Notes: generated from the letters alone by a model not told the origin. A DNA stretch of 62,650 bases, filler included, from Choristocarpus tenellus KU-1152 (GCA_964200185.2; 12 parts of 12 records of this genome joined end to end with filler, not necessarily neighbours in it); one strand, 5' to 3'. Shown: positions 13,010 to 27,600, numbered from the whole stretch's first letter. A program made the numbers and translations.

Positions 13010-14387
13010 NNNNNNNNNNNNNNNNNNNNNNNNNNNNNNNNNNNNNNNNNNNNTTAATTAATTAANNNNNNNNNNNNNNNNNNNNNNNNNNNNNNNNNNN
13101 NNNNNNNNNGGGGGGGGGGGGGGAGAACAGAACGGGTAAAAATCTTGCAAAAAAAATACCCATCCATAAAAGAAACAGCTCCAACATAAAATTGAATCGT
13201 AAAAGGCAACTTTGTTTGTGGTCCTTACTGATTAGATACGATGGTCATGCCCAATTGGCGTCACATGCCATCATTATCACCAAGTGACACTGGCATTCAT
13301 AATGCCAACATAGGAACACTGCATTAACCCTCAGAATAATCTTCTCGGAAGTTCTGGGGACTACTCCTTTTCCAGGATGGACCAAGGGATACCTATCCGC
13401 TGTTGAGAAAAAAAAATCTACTCACAGGCAGGAAGGCGTTTATGAATTTCAATCGAGAAAATAAAAATACATTGCATACACATGAATAATCAGAGTCAAT
13501 ACTATTCCCACTACAGCACATTTTTAACTTCTCACTGACATTCAATCTAAATGGGACATAGAAATAATAGAGAGGTTTATTGCTCTACATCACTTATCAC
13601 CATGTATCCCCAGAGACAAAGATAAGAACAAAATAATAGAGGGCCAAATCAAACATGTCGTCCCCAGTTAAATATCGGAAAAAGTCACACCTATCATGAT
13701 GTTCAACTGATCCAAGGGTATGCCTACTTTGCAATCCTCAGTATCCAACAACTGCAGTACACAAAACCATACAGCAATTGGAGAGAGCAATTCATCAAAA
13801 GAAGGTAACATAAAACTGCAGCCAACACTTCCTGAAGGTGGTTGATTGAAGACAACCCGCTTTCACATAAATAAATATCGTCTTATCCATCATGGCACGG
13901 GATGCCCATGGAGTGAACACAACTGAAAATTTTGAAGAGCATACAAGAATCAAAATGAACAATTTTTTCAAGTTCTCAAAAGAAAATGGTGCAGATCACT
14001 CACACCAAAAGAACTTGCAAAAATAGTCACAACAACAATTGTCTTCCTTCACAACAAAGCACCACAAGGTTAAAATTACCTCACAGTAGAAATTCCCCAT
14101 CCATCACCCCACTTGCTACTTAAAAATACACTGTCTTTCCGACTACCCTGATCACCCAATCGCAATCAAACATACAAGAACACTCTACTATGGTCATGGC
14201 ACCAAAATTTTAAAAAAGGCCACAGTGCACACACTACTGAAATATCACCATTTACCCAGGACACACTTTGCTATTCATAACCACATGCATACCCTGCCAT
14301 ACAACTCTCATCTACTAACCACCTTTCACCTCACACTGATAGCTCGAATGCATCACAAGGGAAGCAGAAGTAAGTGCGTAGTCTCAC

Positions 14388-14998
14388 CTTAGCTAGGAGT
14401 ACACGGTATTTGTCGGCAGCGTCTTGATCTCCCCGGTCCTCAGCAGCATCAAGTAAGTTAGTCAGCTTTATCCGACCCAGGGCAATGTTCTTGTAGGCAC
14501 TGCCATCATCCTCTCTCCTTGACACCATAGACCTCACCTCTTCAGAGGAGTACTGAAACGAAATAGAGACAAATTGCAACATGAGGGGAGGAGGGAAGAA
14601 ATAGGGGGGATTACAACAACAGCAGCATGTTGCAGAATGACTCAAGGAACAACGCTCAGGGTATAAATGTGGCAGGAGGTGTGCCAGATGCCTGCGGTGG
14701 TTTCCTGACTTCCACATGCACCAGTGCTGTGTCCTAGACAGGCAGACAGTAGAAGAGTTAAAAGTTGCATGAATGAAGGTCAAAGGGCCTATACTTGTAG
14801 GTTGGACTTTGAAAAAAAGCGCCAAAACCCCTGAACATTTCAAAACACTCAAACACAGAGATCCCAAAAAATAAGCAGTTGTTGGCCGAGAGTATAGTCA
14901 TGGCAGAGCACTAGTAGTAGTAGCTCCATTCCTACCTTCTCCTCTCTTCCTTACTGCGAAAGATGATGGAGGCATCACTTCACTAACAGCACTGCATC

Positions 14999-15041
<43 letters not shown>

Positions 15042-15111
15042 CCCCCACTCCCTCCAACTGTCTTACGTTACAAATTAAACAACAAAAAANNNNNNNNNNC
15101 CCCCCCCCCCC

Positions 15112-15152
<41 letters not shown>

Positions 15153-16775
15153 ATAACTTCACTCATTGCCAATTACCTCGTATGGGTATGCACATAATGT
15201 CCAGCAAACAAGTTACCACTTAGCTTTACGCATGTACAAATGCCTTCCTGCGCAGACAAAAACCGTAACCATGTACATCCCTGTATGAGATTCACCTGCC
15301 CTCCAGCCACCACAAGTTGTTCAATCAGACCCAATCCACCTGCACTACAAAACCCCCCCTTCATGCCTCGTTCATTCACAACTTGGGTCATTCCAAGTGC
15401 AAAAGATGAGAGGGCATGACACAACCCACAGCTCACAACCCCCACGCAATAACCTACGCACCCACAGATATAATACAAAAGCATTTGCATTGCAATCTCC
15501 TCTATCCCCCGTAACACAACCAATACTACAACACTCTTCTTCTAACCCAGGCATCACTCATTAGTACAACGGCCTCACAACAACAACAACAACAACAACA
15601 ACAACAGAAAACTACGTAAGAGTAAACCAACAATCATCTCGCCCCCCCAACACTAGCCCACTCCATACATTCCTTCCCCTAACCTTGTGCCCCTGCACAA
15701 TCTTCAGCATGCGCTGTCGGCGCGCTTTACAGTCAGAGAGAGTCAAGGCCTCGGCACGGGCGATCCTGCGACCAGCCTTCCACGCCTGATACTCTCCCTG
15801 TGTGATTCGAGAGTTAGAGACGACATCCATGCACTGATCTCTTTCCCCACCAGCCGTGTTGGGGATACGGAGTGCTTTGGTAGTGTAAGTATTGCCCTGA
15901 GAGAAGAAAGGACAACACGGACTGTCGAGCTATAGCGCGCATTTTGATGCAAATGTTGGATACAGTGTAGGGTTTGATGCAGACAATGCACTTTGACTCG
16001 ACAGGCGAGATGGGGTGGTTCGACAACGGACTTGAGCACAACAGCAGTGAACACGAAGGACCCGACAAAAACATGATACATTTTATCTCTATGAACTCCA
16101 AACATCAGCATGAACGGGAGGAAAGTATGTTTTGTTCACAGGAGGGAGCCATCTCTTCGACAGGAGGATAGATAAGGGATGTGGTTGCCCTAGGTAAGAA
16201 AAGCACAATATGCACACAAAGAACAAAGCTCGCAACCCATACATCATAGACTCTCCCATCTGACTCAAAACATCTGTGAGTGGTGTTTCACGGAGGGAAG
16301 CTCAAATGGGGTATATATATCATGTCCAAAAGTGGCTTGGGAAACATTCCGCACACCTAATCTTTGCCCCCAATCCCTGTCTCCTTACAACCATTAACCA
16401 ACAGGGGGGGAGAGGAGACCAACAAAAATAATAGGGATTTCCATCAGGGGCAGTGTGCTCACAATCTTGTACTTTCTCTTGTATGGCACCACACCAACAA
16501 TCTCCACCATGGCGTACAGGCGCTCCCCTTCCCGCTCTCCCCGGGCCACTCGAACAAAGCAATTCTGCACAGCCTTCTCAAAGTAGGGCTCATTGGCCCA
16601 CCTCTCAAGGTAATCCCGCGGAACACGGCATCTGTTAATATCATCGATAGAGGGCTCTGGCTGCAGCTGGCGCTGCTCTGAGGGTGATCGTGACCTACCC
16701 CACCTGCCTTGATCCCGGTCCCGGTCCCCCCCCCCCCCCCCCTCCCCGCCCCCCTCCCCGTCCCCCTTCCCTCCT
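14388..16775 (-). CDS. RTF1: RNA polymerase-associated protein RTF1 homolog (Plus3 domain), partial, 3 exons
   Basis: Exons >16775-16463 (DDINRCRVPRDYLERWANEPYFEKAVQNCFVRVARG...YAMVEIVGV), 15896-15684 (GNTYTTKALRI...MDVVSNSRITQGEYQAW), 14552-14388 (YSSEEVRSMV...YKNIALGRIKL...); all GT-AG, phase 0, matching Plus3 and the following helix. Confidence 0.88.
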
Positions 16776-17211
16776 NNNNNNNNNNNNNNNNNNNNNNNNN
16801 NNNNNNNNNNNNNNNNNNNTTAATTAATTAANNNNNNNNNNNNNNNNNNNNNNNNNNNNNNNNNNNNNNNNNNNNTCTTTGACCTTTCCTCCTGTGGGTC
16901 TCCCCGCTCCCCTTCATTCGAAGAACCTGTCGGCTTGTTTCCACCTGTTTCACATATATATTCATTATTGTGTGGGAAAGAAAAAGTCAAACCAATATAA
17001 TAGTAAGTACCTATGTTCATTGTTTTTTCTCCTCACACCTCGATAATAATACGACAAAAACCTTCGTGAAAATATCATCTGTCGTAAATGTGAAAGATAC
17101 CTCTAAATCGATTAACTATTTGAATACCAGCTATACAAACTAGAAGTAAACACTCCTTTAAACCTTAGTGCATATTACTGCTGTGCCTTCAACCTATGTA
17201 CAGATGCGGTG

Positions 17212-17580
17212 GGGAGACATATAAGGAGAGCCAGTACGAATTCCTACTCTCACTAACCACTGATGGAGATGAGAACTGTCAAGAGATAGTACAATATTTC
17301 CTATACAAAATCAAGGAAGTCTCTTGTAGGAACAAAAATAGAGTAGAAAAAAAAAGACATCTTCAATTTTACCAATATATTGGTGATAAATAATGATGTA
17401 CTGAATTTCAGGTGATTGGAAGGTTTACTTCAAGTCTTCTCCTATTTCCAAAAGAAGAATTTAAGGGAGACTTATAGGAAGAGCCAGTACAATTCTTACC
17501 GTACTAGCTACTGATGGAGATGAGAATTATTAAGAGTAGTACAATATTTCCCATATAAAATCAAAAAAGTCACATGTAGG
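17212..17580. repeat. Diverged direct duplication of about 115 bp
   Basis: GGAGACATATAAGGAGAGCCAGTAC...CTGATGGAGATGAGAA...TAGTACAATATTTCC...TGTAGG at about 17212-17330 and again at about 17467-17580. Confidence 0.85.
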
Positions 17581-18099
17581 TTGATCATTGTTTGACAAAA
17601 ATTGAATGGCCAAAATAAATTGTCATCTATAATTCACAGGAATACACTGGTGTTAATATGGTACTGATTGTTGTAGTAGTCTATTGGACATGACATGGTT
17701 TACACCCAATCTTACTAGGAAAAGAGGAACCCGCGAATGGCACAAACCGAATATATACCTCAATCCAAATAGCAAAATGAGGTTCACGTTGCGGAGGACT
17801 GTCGTTGAAGGAGCCCTGTGTCTGGGTATTTGTCTTACCTGTTACGGCCATCTTCTGGTCTACGATGATGCAGGGATGGCTACCAAATTCGATGATGTGC
17901 CAGCAATGCGAAACTTTGGACCCAGGATCCCTTCTACGGTCAGCATGTGCATGTCAATTGGGAGAGTCTCCTAGCCCGTGCCCAAAACTTACATATCCTA
18001 TAGGTTGTTACTACTACGGAGTTGTTTCGATGTACTATATCATCTACTCTTGGCTGACCGGTAACTTTCTGGCTCAGGGATTCACCGGGAGACTTCAAC

Positions 18100-18720
18100 T
18101 TGTGTCTGGTTTTGGTTGCTCACCAAACGACTTCCGCCTAATCAAGACCGCTGAAGGTGATGCAGAGCAGGGTGAAGGTCTTGGTCAAACTTCAGAGGCA
18201 GTGGACGAAAATAATCTTCCTATTGCGGCCCTAATATCACGTTCTTTACCGGACGACCCACATCACTGCACTTTTGAAACCAAGGTAGGACCTTGTCAAA
18301 GTGTTGAAATCGATAAACCTGAGTCTGGAAGTCTGGACGGTTTTGATCTGGGTCGGGTTTAAGCACGTCGAAGGTAACTGACGGGTTGCAGGTGTTGTCC
18401 TTGAATTGCGGTCGAACATTTGGCCCATGGATATGCTCCTGTTTGGGTGAATAGAAAACCCCAACCCCATCATGGGTGCAATGGTACCTAGTGAATGGAG
18501 CAGTTATCTGTATGGACTGTAAGAAGGCTTGCTTTAATACATCCTTTTCTCGCAGATATCCCATGCCCCGTAGATCCGGACGCGAAGATAGTGAATGCTG
18601 GGGGCCCCACCACACAGAGAACACCATTATTAAATACAGAGGTTTTTCCGTGATTGATGTTTGCCAAGTGCCCAAGACATCATTCTTAGCACTCATAACT
18701 GAAGAGATCTGTGCTTCCAA
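18100..18720 (-). mobile_element. Possible very decayed LINE RT fragment
   Basis: LRFIDFNTLTRSYLGFKSAVMWVV resembles FIDLTKAYDSVDRxxLWxVL; preceded by GYLREKDVL; weak. Confidence 0.3.
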
Positions 18721-19030
18721 CATCTTGATAGTGTCATAACTTGTCTGGGTTGACCTTATAACGCAGCAGTTTCTTCATCTCATTTTTCACTCGACCCTTC
18801 CCGCCCATTGTGTAGAGCCCAACCACTACTACCTGCTCGATCAGCTAAGTCTTTGTTGTCAGCACCTGCTGTGCTCCCCTGCTCTCCCTGCATTCAACCA
18901 CTGCTGTTTGGCAGTCACCCCAGCCCAAACCACCAGAGAGAGACTCGTTTGCCCTTGCGACTACCCACCAGCACCACCTACATTCAACGTTCCCCACACT
19001 GATCTATTACTGAACTACTGTTCCATGCAG

Positions 19031-21129
19031 GTTGTAAATGCGCAGAAAATAGGGATAGAGCTGGTGGTGGTGTATGACTACGTGGAAGAGGCCATGTTTC
19101 ACATGCAGGAACAGGAACCCAGGGGTATGCCACATGGTACCAGTCACATTCCCTCTGTGAGTGGAACAGAGATAATCTTCTCTGAACATCCTTTGGTGTG
19201 CTGAAGCATTGTTGTTGCTCTGAAAGTAATATTTTGCCCATTCTGAAAGGCGTTAGTTGACTAAACAAAGAACAAATGCAATCCACTCTCTATATATCAG
19301 GGGTTTTGTAGAGACTTGCGCTGTCTTGTTCTAGTCTTGGTGATTTAACAGGGTTACGAAAGTTGAGATGATGGCAAGGGAAGAAACTGCATGTAGACTG
19401 GACCTGTTGTTAGCTTTTCCTTTCCTTGTCAGATGGTACTGTTCTAACTACAGCATCAATTGGTAGGTAGGTCTATTGTCTCATTGGTAATCAACAAATC
19501 AATGACGATCTCTGCTGAATGCTGACAAGGCTGTCCTTATTTGGAATTTTTATGGTGCTTCAATTCAACAAAGTGAGACCGCTTATTCACACGACCGTAA
19601 ACGCCTCCTAAAACCTTAACCCTAAACCTAAGCATTACGCCAGGGGAAAGTTTTACCGGTTGCGTCTAGGGTCTCCGCATACCATGGGTAGCTGATTAAG
19701 TGCCCTGGAAGGAATGTTATCACTCTTACAGCTCCACGCTGCTTCTCATCCCCTTGCTCTATTAGATTCGCCAGTCTTTCTTAGGGTTTTCTAGGGATGA
19801 AACTTATTTTCTAGGGTCATATTTGGGTTATATGCTCTCCCCAATATTGTTCCCCCAGCAGAAAAGCCAGGGGTTAATTGGGCTAGGGTTAGGGTTTTGA
19901 TTGCTTTCATGCCTTTCCTCTCATTGCACAAGGGGTGCATGTCTCCCTTATAGCATCCATAACCTGGCGAGAAAGAGGCAAGCTCAGTGGTGACTTTGAG
20001 ATAAAGGAGATGTATCTAGTAGACCTTCTAGTAGTTTTGTCCCCTTCCCACCTGGTGTTTATTTGCACCACATCTGCTAGAAGAGAGTTCAAACCAAGAG
20101 GCGATTATTTGACCGCTCTTTGGGAGACTTGCACATTATATGCACTCTGAGCATAACCTTTTTTTAAAGTTGAGATGGTGAAGATGAGATGATCCCTGTG
20201 TTTCCATACTAGTGCTTAGGGTTAGGACATAAATGTTGCGGAGCCATCATGTCGTAGAGGGGGGTTGTGCTGAGCAAAGGAGGCATTAGTAACCGCCTTC
20301 TGGTGTATGTGCTCCTATCAATCTGGAAGGCGGTTTTGTGCTTGCGTGGATGAGTGTCAATCTCCTCTTCTACACCCATAGCCTCCTCATGGGGGTTAGC
20401 TGCATTTTGGGCTTGGGAATGGGGGTGTCAGGCAGAACATTTCGTGAGCTGCTTCTGCTTGAAACGAACTAAGGCCCCCCCTCCTTTATGAAACTGTGGC
20501 GTTGATGGGGAAGAGAGAGAGAGGCAATCTTGGCAATCAAGATTCAACATAGCTACATATCTACGCTGAGAATGTTCTTGTGTCAGTCTCCCTCCTTATT
20601 ATCCCACTATAGTAAGCCATATATGGTCGTGTGGTATTGTGCATGCCTCACTCATTGTTCCTTTGGTGTCACACCAGTTGTACTGCCCATTACAACACAA
20701 GAGTTACTTGAAGTTTGAATATTTATATAGATTGTCATGGGTGAGTGGGAACTATGTGACGCATTGCAAGGATCCTATTAGGATTAGGGTTAGGGATAGG
20801 TAACAACACCTAGTGGGTACCTGCAGGTCCTATTGCAGGCTTGATGCATCCTGTTTGCTCAGTGTTACATATTGACCATCTCATTGGCAGCATTGGTGTC
20901 ATCCTCTATGCATGCCACACCTGCCCTCTAGATCTTACAATGATAGTTAAAAATAATGTTGAACTATTCTTGAAAAGGTGCTGGTGTCTCAGTCCTCCGG
21001 CCTGGACTTGCAGAAGATCATCAAGGCGTGCTCAAATCCCCAGGGGCCGAAAATATTTGTGGATCCAGATGACCCTGTGCAGGGCATCGTCATCTCTCTT
21101 GACTTCACCATGATCATGGTTATTACAGG
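19031..21129 (+). CDS. Protease-associated (PA) domain membrane protein, partial, 2 exons
   Basis: Exon 19031-19156 VVNAQKIGIELVVVYDYVEEAMFHM...HIPS|gtgagt joins in phase to 20978-21129 VLVSQSSGLDLQKII...MIMVITG|gtaaga, giving the PA signature NAQxxGxxxVxVYD...IPSVLVS followed by a hydrophobic stretch. Confidence 0.75.
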
Positions 21130-21324
21130 GTAAGAATGACCTGCCCCCCCNNNNNNNNNNNNNNNNNNNNNNNNNNNNNNNNNNNNNNNNNNNNTTAATT
21201 AATTAANNNNNNNNNNNNNNNNNNNNNNNNNNNNNNNNNNNNNNNNNNNNAAGAAAGAAGAAAAAAAAAAAAAAAAAAAAAAAAACAAGAGAAAGGGATT
21301 GATAGTGGAAGAGGAAGGGGTGGG

Positions 21325-21379
<55 letters not shown>

Positions 21380-22269
21380 TGCGTTTTTTTGTCATAATCT
21401 CTCCTCACTGGGACCTTTGAACGATATTAATGATTGGGTCATTGGTTTTGAAAAGGAAGACCATGGTGTGTGGAGGAAATTTGGTGTACCTTGGAAGGGG
21501 TTTGGTGTGCTAAGGAAGGGGGTTATTTTATTATTTAAAATTGAGAGAGAGAGAGAGAAAGAGAACCTTATCATAGCAAGGAGGATAATTGACATCACTT
21601 GATACCTAGAGTCATATAAAATAGATGCTTGGGTTTTATACCCATCAGCACTCTTCCCACATCATCATAAATATCACATTTGCTGGTGTTGCTCATGGCT
21701 GATGTGCCAGTACAAGCCAGTATTGAGTATGTAGAGGAAAATATGCAAATTTGTAGGGTGCAGACCCCACCCAGCTCTTCTATCCTCCCCCTCCCAGACA
21801 CCTGAACTGGTTGGTATTTTCTTACTGGCATACCACCAATACTACTTCTGACTAAATTTTTCAGATACTTGTATTGATATATTGGTTTGTGTATGGTAGA
21901 GTCGAAAGGAGTGAGAGACCCCACAACAAGATGAGACTCTACTCCAACACACTCATTATCTATTCTACCATACCATCAACCCATCAGTCACTAAGCAAAG
22001 TGTACCTACTCATATAGTCATCTTCCAATAGAATCATTCTTCAACTAAATCCACCAGTCCACTCTCAAACTCTGCAGAACACAATCGTAGTGGATTTCTC
22101 AACCAACTACATTACCTACATTATCTTTAATGCAAGAGTTCCAGCGTGTTTCTGACACAGTATGACCCTTGGATGGTATGTTGGGACATAACTGGTGGCA
22201 ATTTAATATTTCTAACCCTTCCAGAATTAATTATCCTACAGTACTATTAATACATACACTGTTCTGTTG

Positions 22270-22950
22270 AAGCTCATACTGTTTCAATGTGCATAACCTC
22301 CTCCATTTGAAACTCCAATTCAGGTGCAACTGGAGGTCCTGTCTTTTTGCAGACTGCTTTCAAGACTTGCCCCTGTTCACACTGACCGCCTTCTGGTGTT
22401 GGGATGTGGGGCAGGTGCTCTTGTGTTGGCTGGTGCCCTGTTGTACTCGCTGGATTCAGTGCAAGGGTTAAATCCAATGCCGGTGGGTTTGACTGAGGGC
22501 GTGTTAAGGAATATTTTCTGTGAGGTTACTGGTTTGTAGTGTCCAAGCGTGGTGATGCTGCGACTCTAACCTCTTACACCTACCCCGCACCTTGAACCAG
22601 GGTTGTATTGAGGAGGCAAGAACAACTGAGTTGATGTACGCAGAAAAGCAGTCAGAGGAACAGGGGGGACAGGATTTGGTCAAGCAAACACACCCATCAA
22701 GAGTGTGCCTGTTGGAGGGACATGTCCTAAAACAAACCTGGGAGGGGGTAACACTTTTGCTTATTTGTTCTGCTTCTTTTGACAGCAACCTAATGCTGGA
22801 CATATCCCTCAAGTGCAGGGAGCTCAGTGCAATGGCCAGGGTAGTGACATTGGGCAAGCCTTTACCATCATGGACTAGACACAAGAGCGAAACTGAACCA
22901 AGTGAACAAGGGGAATTCAAAGTGTGTTGGCAGTGTCAAGTGCGCAAATC
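22270..22950 (-). mobile_element. Possible decayed RTE-like LINE fragment (linker between endonuclease and RT)
   Basis: DLTLALNPASTTGHQPTQEHLP and neighbouring fragments loosely parallel the 46850-47250 region; CpG-depleted and stop-ridden. Confidence 0.3.
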
Positions 22951-23969
22951 TGGAGATGAAGTGACTGTTGCATACATTCATCAGAGGACTACCTCTGGAG
23001 GGTTAGAGACCGGTTTGGATATCTAGAAGTGCCCTTGAATCGCTCTTCAAGAATTTTCTTCCTATTTTCATCAAGCCATTTTGGAAGCGATCGCTCTCTG
23101 TGTGCAAGGAATCAAGCCACTCAGGTTCTCCACACTTGCAAACAGATTGGCAATCTTCTTACTATTTATTTATGTGTGAAAGTGAGCTGGGTCAGCCTTT
23201 GTGAGGCTTACCTTCACAGGAAGTATCTCAAAACACATCGTACTTAGAAACTTGTTGCCAGGTTGCTTTTTGTTTGTCCCTGTATCTTTTCCCTCAAACT
23301 TTATGGATTACAAATCTATTAAGTTTGAGTGAGAAAAGGGGTTGTGTGATTGTTGCAACAACACCTTGCAGAGGATGGGGCAGTACGTATGAGAGGCAGA
23401 CAAGACTAAACTCAAGGGGATATGTATCATGCATATTGTGCATGTAATTTACTGATAATACCGGGCTGGAACTCCTCGAACTAAAGGTGAAAACAGTAGA
23501 ATCTGTACCATTAGTAAATAGGTAGCATCAATGACCCACCCTTCACAGCACAGTGGCGAGCTACATGTCCTCTTCACACTACTTGTATCGCATATCTCCG
23601 AAGCATCTTGATAAAATTGCAAAGAGTTCTTTACTGGGCTAGAGAGCTGTGTTTTAAAAAGGGTTTCAGTTTATTTAGCAGTACAGCATGACTAACCTAA
23701 ACCATTGACGTTATATGCACAATTACTTGTACCATTTTCAAGTAAATGCACAGCATTAATTCACCCATATTTCTATGGATGAGTCCTAAATTTGACTTGA
23801 GAGGGGGTTGATTTCTCTATTGTTTGGCACTTTTAGACACATTTTGGAAATGTTCAATATATGTTTCTAAAAAATGATGAAATGTGCATAAATTTGCGGG
23901 TATATTCTTTAAATGCAACTCTGTCAACCAATTTTCACTCTACTAGCTTCCAGTCTAGCTGTACAAAGG

Positions 23970-24370
23970 TGGGCAAGGAGAAAGGGAAAGAATCCCAAGA
24001 ATCTGTGAGGCCCCTTTGTGTGTACCGGCCCAATGTCTTCAGCTTGAAATGTGTTGACCTGCCTAAAAATAGTTGCCTGTTCAATTACAGATACTCTCTG
24101 TCTGAAACATGTTTTGACAGAAGTCTTTCTTACACTAACCCCCAGCCCCTCTCCCATCTACAACATGGTTGACCAACTCATCAAGGAAGGTCTCTGCTTG
24201 CTTACCAAGGCGCCCAAAAAATTCCACTGTGAAGATGTTGGGATTAGAACTCCGAGGGCCAAAGAGATTCCTCTACAACAACCAGTCATATATTGGAGGA
24301 TCAGTGGATTGGGATGATGTTGAAGATATACCACCATGGTTACATATGCAATACTTTATTCCATCGATGG
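23970..24370 (-). mobile_element. 3' fragment of CRE-like non-LTR retrotransposon (restriction-like endonuclease tail), copy 2
   Basis: NIFTVEFFGRLGKQAETFLDELVNHVVDGRGAGG / RKTSVKTCFRQRVSV aligns with FAVDSIGCLGKPVETFLDELATHVVGGRGAGGYSRKGTVKSHLRQR at 47765-47910. Confidence 0.75.
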
Positions 24371-26989
24371 TTTCATAGTCACAACGTTCCACTAGTTCTC
24401 ATCAATTATTTATTTCCCTGGTTGGCAGCCCGCCAGGCCATCTGCTCCTATTTAATATATTGCTACAGAGATTTAAGGGAATGTGGGTGATACGATAATA
24501 GTATTTCACATATCAACTGAGTTGCATTAAGCTATCAAACAGTGGTTGGCGATTTGTGCTGTTCAGTCTTTGTGGGATAGTGAATGAATGACCATTTAGT
24601 GGTGGTGAGTACATGTGTCAAACAGTGCTAATAAGAAGGTGCATACATGCATAGTATTATGTAGGTACATTGCTAGAGCTGTGAACCGAGAAGATTTGCA
24701 ACTTACAATCCATTTTTATCGGGTCAACTCTGACTGTTAAACTGTGATTAATCCTATGGATTATTGCCCATGACGGGCAGTTGGCAAGTGGTGTCGCGTG
24801 CACAAACTGCCACAAGCAAAAATTATTATGCTACTATGCCGGAGTATATTACTTTAAGTATATACTAGTATTATAGGGCTGAAGGTTAGAACAACTTGCA
24901 AAGAGAGAAAACAGGTCTATACAGCTGGTGCAGGGACGCACATGCAGAGAGACGGACGGACGGATGGATGGATGGATGGACAGTAACTACTTAGTTGTAC
25001 ATTATTCGTTTGTGAGAGATGAAAAGGCAACTGTATAGAGCTGGTGGGGGTACTGCTTTCTATATTCTTAAGAATTTTTAATCTCCAGAATGCGCAAGCG
25101 TGGGGGCGGGCCTCTGCACAAGGACAAGAGATGGTGCTGGTAACGAGGTAGAGTAGAATGGTAAGGTGTAGAAAGGTGTAGGTTGTAGAGATGTATAATA
25201 AATAAAGGATTCAGACTTCAAATGGCTTAAAAGAGTCGTTAGACTTGTAGTATGGATAGGAATTCCTTGGTTACATACGGTAAGCACGTGAAAGGACCTT
25301 AAGAGCTGGTGCTGGGAAGTTTTTTACTTTTCAAGATTTAGGAACAATTATGTGTGAGTGTGGACAAGTTTACGTGTGAGGACGAGAGCCAGTACTGGTA
25401 ACTGAGTTTGTGGAAGAGTTTTGTAGTATGTAAACACTTTGCATGCTTCGAGCACGGAACAAGGTTGAGCAAAAAAGCACTTTTTATCATGTTGGCCATA
25501 ACAGACTGACAAGCAGAGAGACAGACTGATGGATGGACAGGAATTGCTTGTTTTTACACGGTATTTATGTGAGAGGGGCCCAAAAGGTTATATGGGTTCC
25601 TTTCGGGAAAAAAGTTGCTGTGAGTGTCCACCAAAACCCTCTTGATGTTTTTTGCAGTTGCTGGATCCCTGTGGAAATTAAAAGGGCCTTCTCTTTTTCA
25701 CATGATGAGTACATGATAAACGATTTAGCAAGGGACTATCCACTATGATGATGGAAAATAAAGAAATTCTGTGATGATAGCATTAGTAAGTGACAATTGA
25801 TTTCTATATTGCGGCGAAAGCAAGGGTCTCTCCACATTCTTCAACCACACAGATATGCCTTGTAGTCCCAAGCCTTTATTCCTGTGTTGTGCCATGTCCC
25901 TTGGCTTCCATGTCACAGGTGTCCTTTCCTAGGCTGCAAGAGGCTAGTTGGGGCGTAAGGTGGGACCTCTTGTGGCCCTACATTAACACATCAGGAAGTC
26001 GACCTGACTGATTGGTGTGACTATTAGTGTCAACCACCACCATTGTGGACAGCCATTCAATCATGGTGGGATATATCCACAAGCAATTATGACCGACTGT
26101 GTTCACTGGGCACCTGTTTGGCACATCTAACTAGATAAGATTGGCTGGCCTCGTTGAGTATAATATTTTGGTCAGGTACTTGCTGGAGGTCATTGTGTCA
26201 TATGATGTGACTTGTGTATTGAGTTGTGTATATGATTAGCATGTATCAGCTAAGGGTGAAGTTTTCTGTCCAGATGGTATCATGCAAGTCACCTGTACAT
26301 ATTTTTCTTGGGTATATTAACGCAGATATTCTGACCCCTAAATCCACCCTCTTTCCAGTTAGAAGGTGGTACACGACCACTTCAATGGATTTGCAATGGG
26401 TATGACTGTACTGGTGCTGAACTTCAATCCCAGGAGAGGACTTCTTCACGCAAGGGTAGAACAATCATGCACTTGTAGAGCAGTCACATACTTCTGCCAC
26501 AATAAAGGTACCAGCCGGGATGAAGATGGTTGAATACGACGAGAGGGAGCATTGTACTGGAATCTGTACAACATTCAGAGGATGTGGATTGTTTCAGCAT
26601 GGTTGTCACATAAGTAGTGCGGAATGATTGAAACAGTCATCCGAGCAGAAAAGCTGTAGGACATAGGTCGTGGGTGGAGTTGTGTGAGAGTGTTCTTTTC
26701 TGACTTTTGTTTTGGCTGGTGTTGCTTAGGTGTGCTTGAGGCATGTTCTGGTCATTTTAAATGGATGAAGGATATTGGAAAGGTTTTGCAGGGGTGTTGC
26801 TCAGATGTTTTTACAGTTGCTTTTTTATTTTGATTGCCTTTTCTCATTGCGTTTCTCAGGGTCTAGGATGAGGGTTTTAGTCTTTTTTTTTGTTGTTTGT
26901 TCCACCACTCTCTTTTTTTGTGATGTTTTTAGTGGAGAAACATTTAAGAATGTAGTATATCTAAGAAGGTCTTGAGAGATGAGAGGAGT

Positions 26990-27600
26990 ATCCCTTGGGA
27001 CTACAGAGTCGTTGTGTGTATACCTACACTCGCCGATTATAGACCTGAAGCAATCTCGGCCATAGGCATGATGAAAGCAAACCTGATGTGGTTTTAACCA
27101 TGCAACGACTTCGTCTTGGCAGACGGACGGCGGAGGCAAATTCTTACCCGAGTAGTGTCGACTTGTATCGCTCGCCCTGTCTGTGGCTAAGGAAGGTTCG
27201 GATCGAAGCACAGGCTGGGGAGCGGGTGTGACTGGTCGAACGGGTGTGGATACATTGCTTTTAGGAACGAACGAGGTCCCGTGTTTCCCAGGAACAGAAG
27301 CATGTTGGTTGGTCAAGGCAGCACAGATCGTGGGCGAGGGGTTCTGGGCTAAAACATGTTGAAGAATTGGCACGAGGGCTGTCAGTATTCTCTTGACAAC
27401 CCCTTGGTGTGTGGCAGTGAGGTTTGGCTTGATACCTCATCGTGCCTAGACATCCTGTTCTGGCAAGGTAGCCCCAGTTCCTGTCTGACGATCAGGGTTT
27501 CAGCAGAGGCGGCGAAAGGGTGCGACATGCTAGCAAACATAGCACGCCCATCTCTGATGCATGGTACCCAAAGTAGTGTGAATCTTATCCTTGCGCGATG
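26990..27600 (-). mobile_element. Dispersed repeat with decayed Pro/Ser-rich ORF ending in a CCCH-like finger (gag-like), copy 1
   Basis: Homologous to 48700-49150; CFHHAYGRDCFRSIIGECRYTH motif at about 27015-27085. Confidence 0.6.

Noticed and set aside
25850-26600. Pogo-like DDE hints on the minus strand (LLVDISHH, PPYAPTSLLQP)
   Set aside because: Scattered across stops and frames; needs a profile search.
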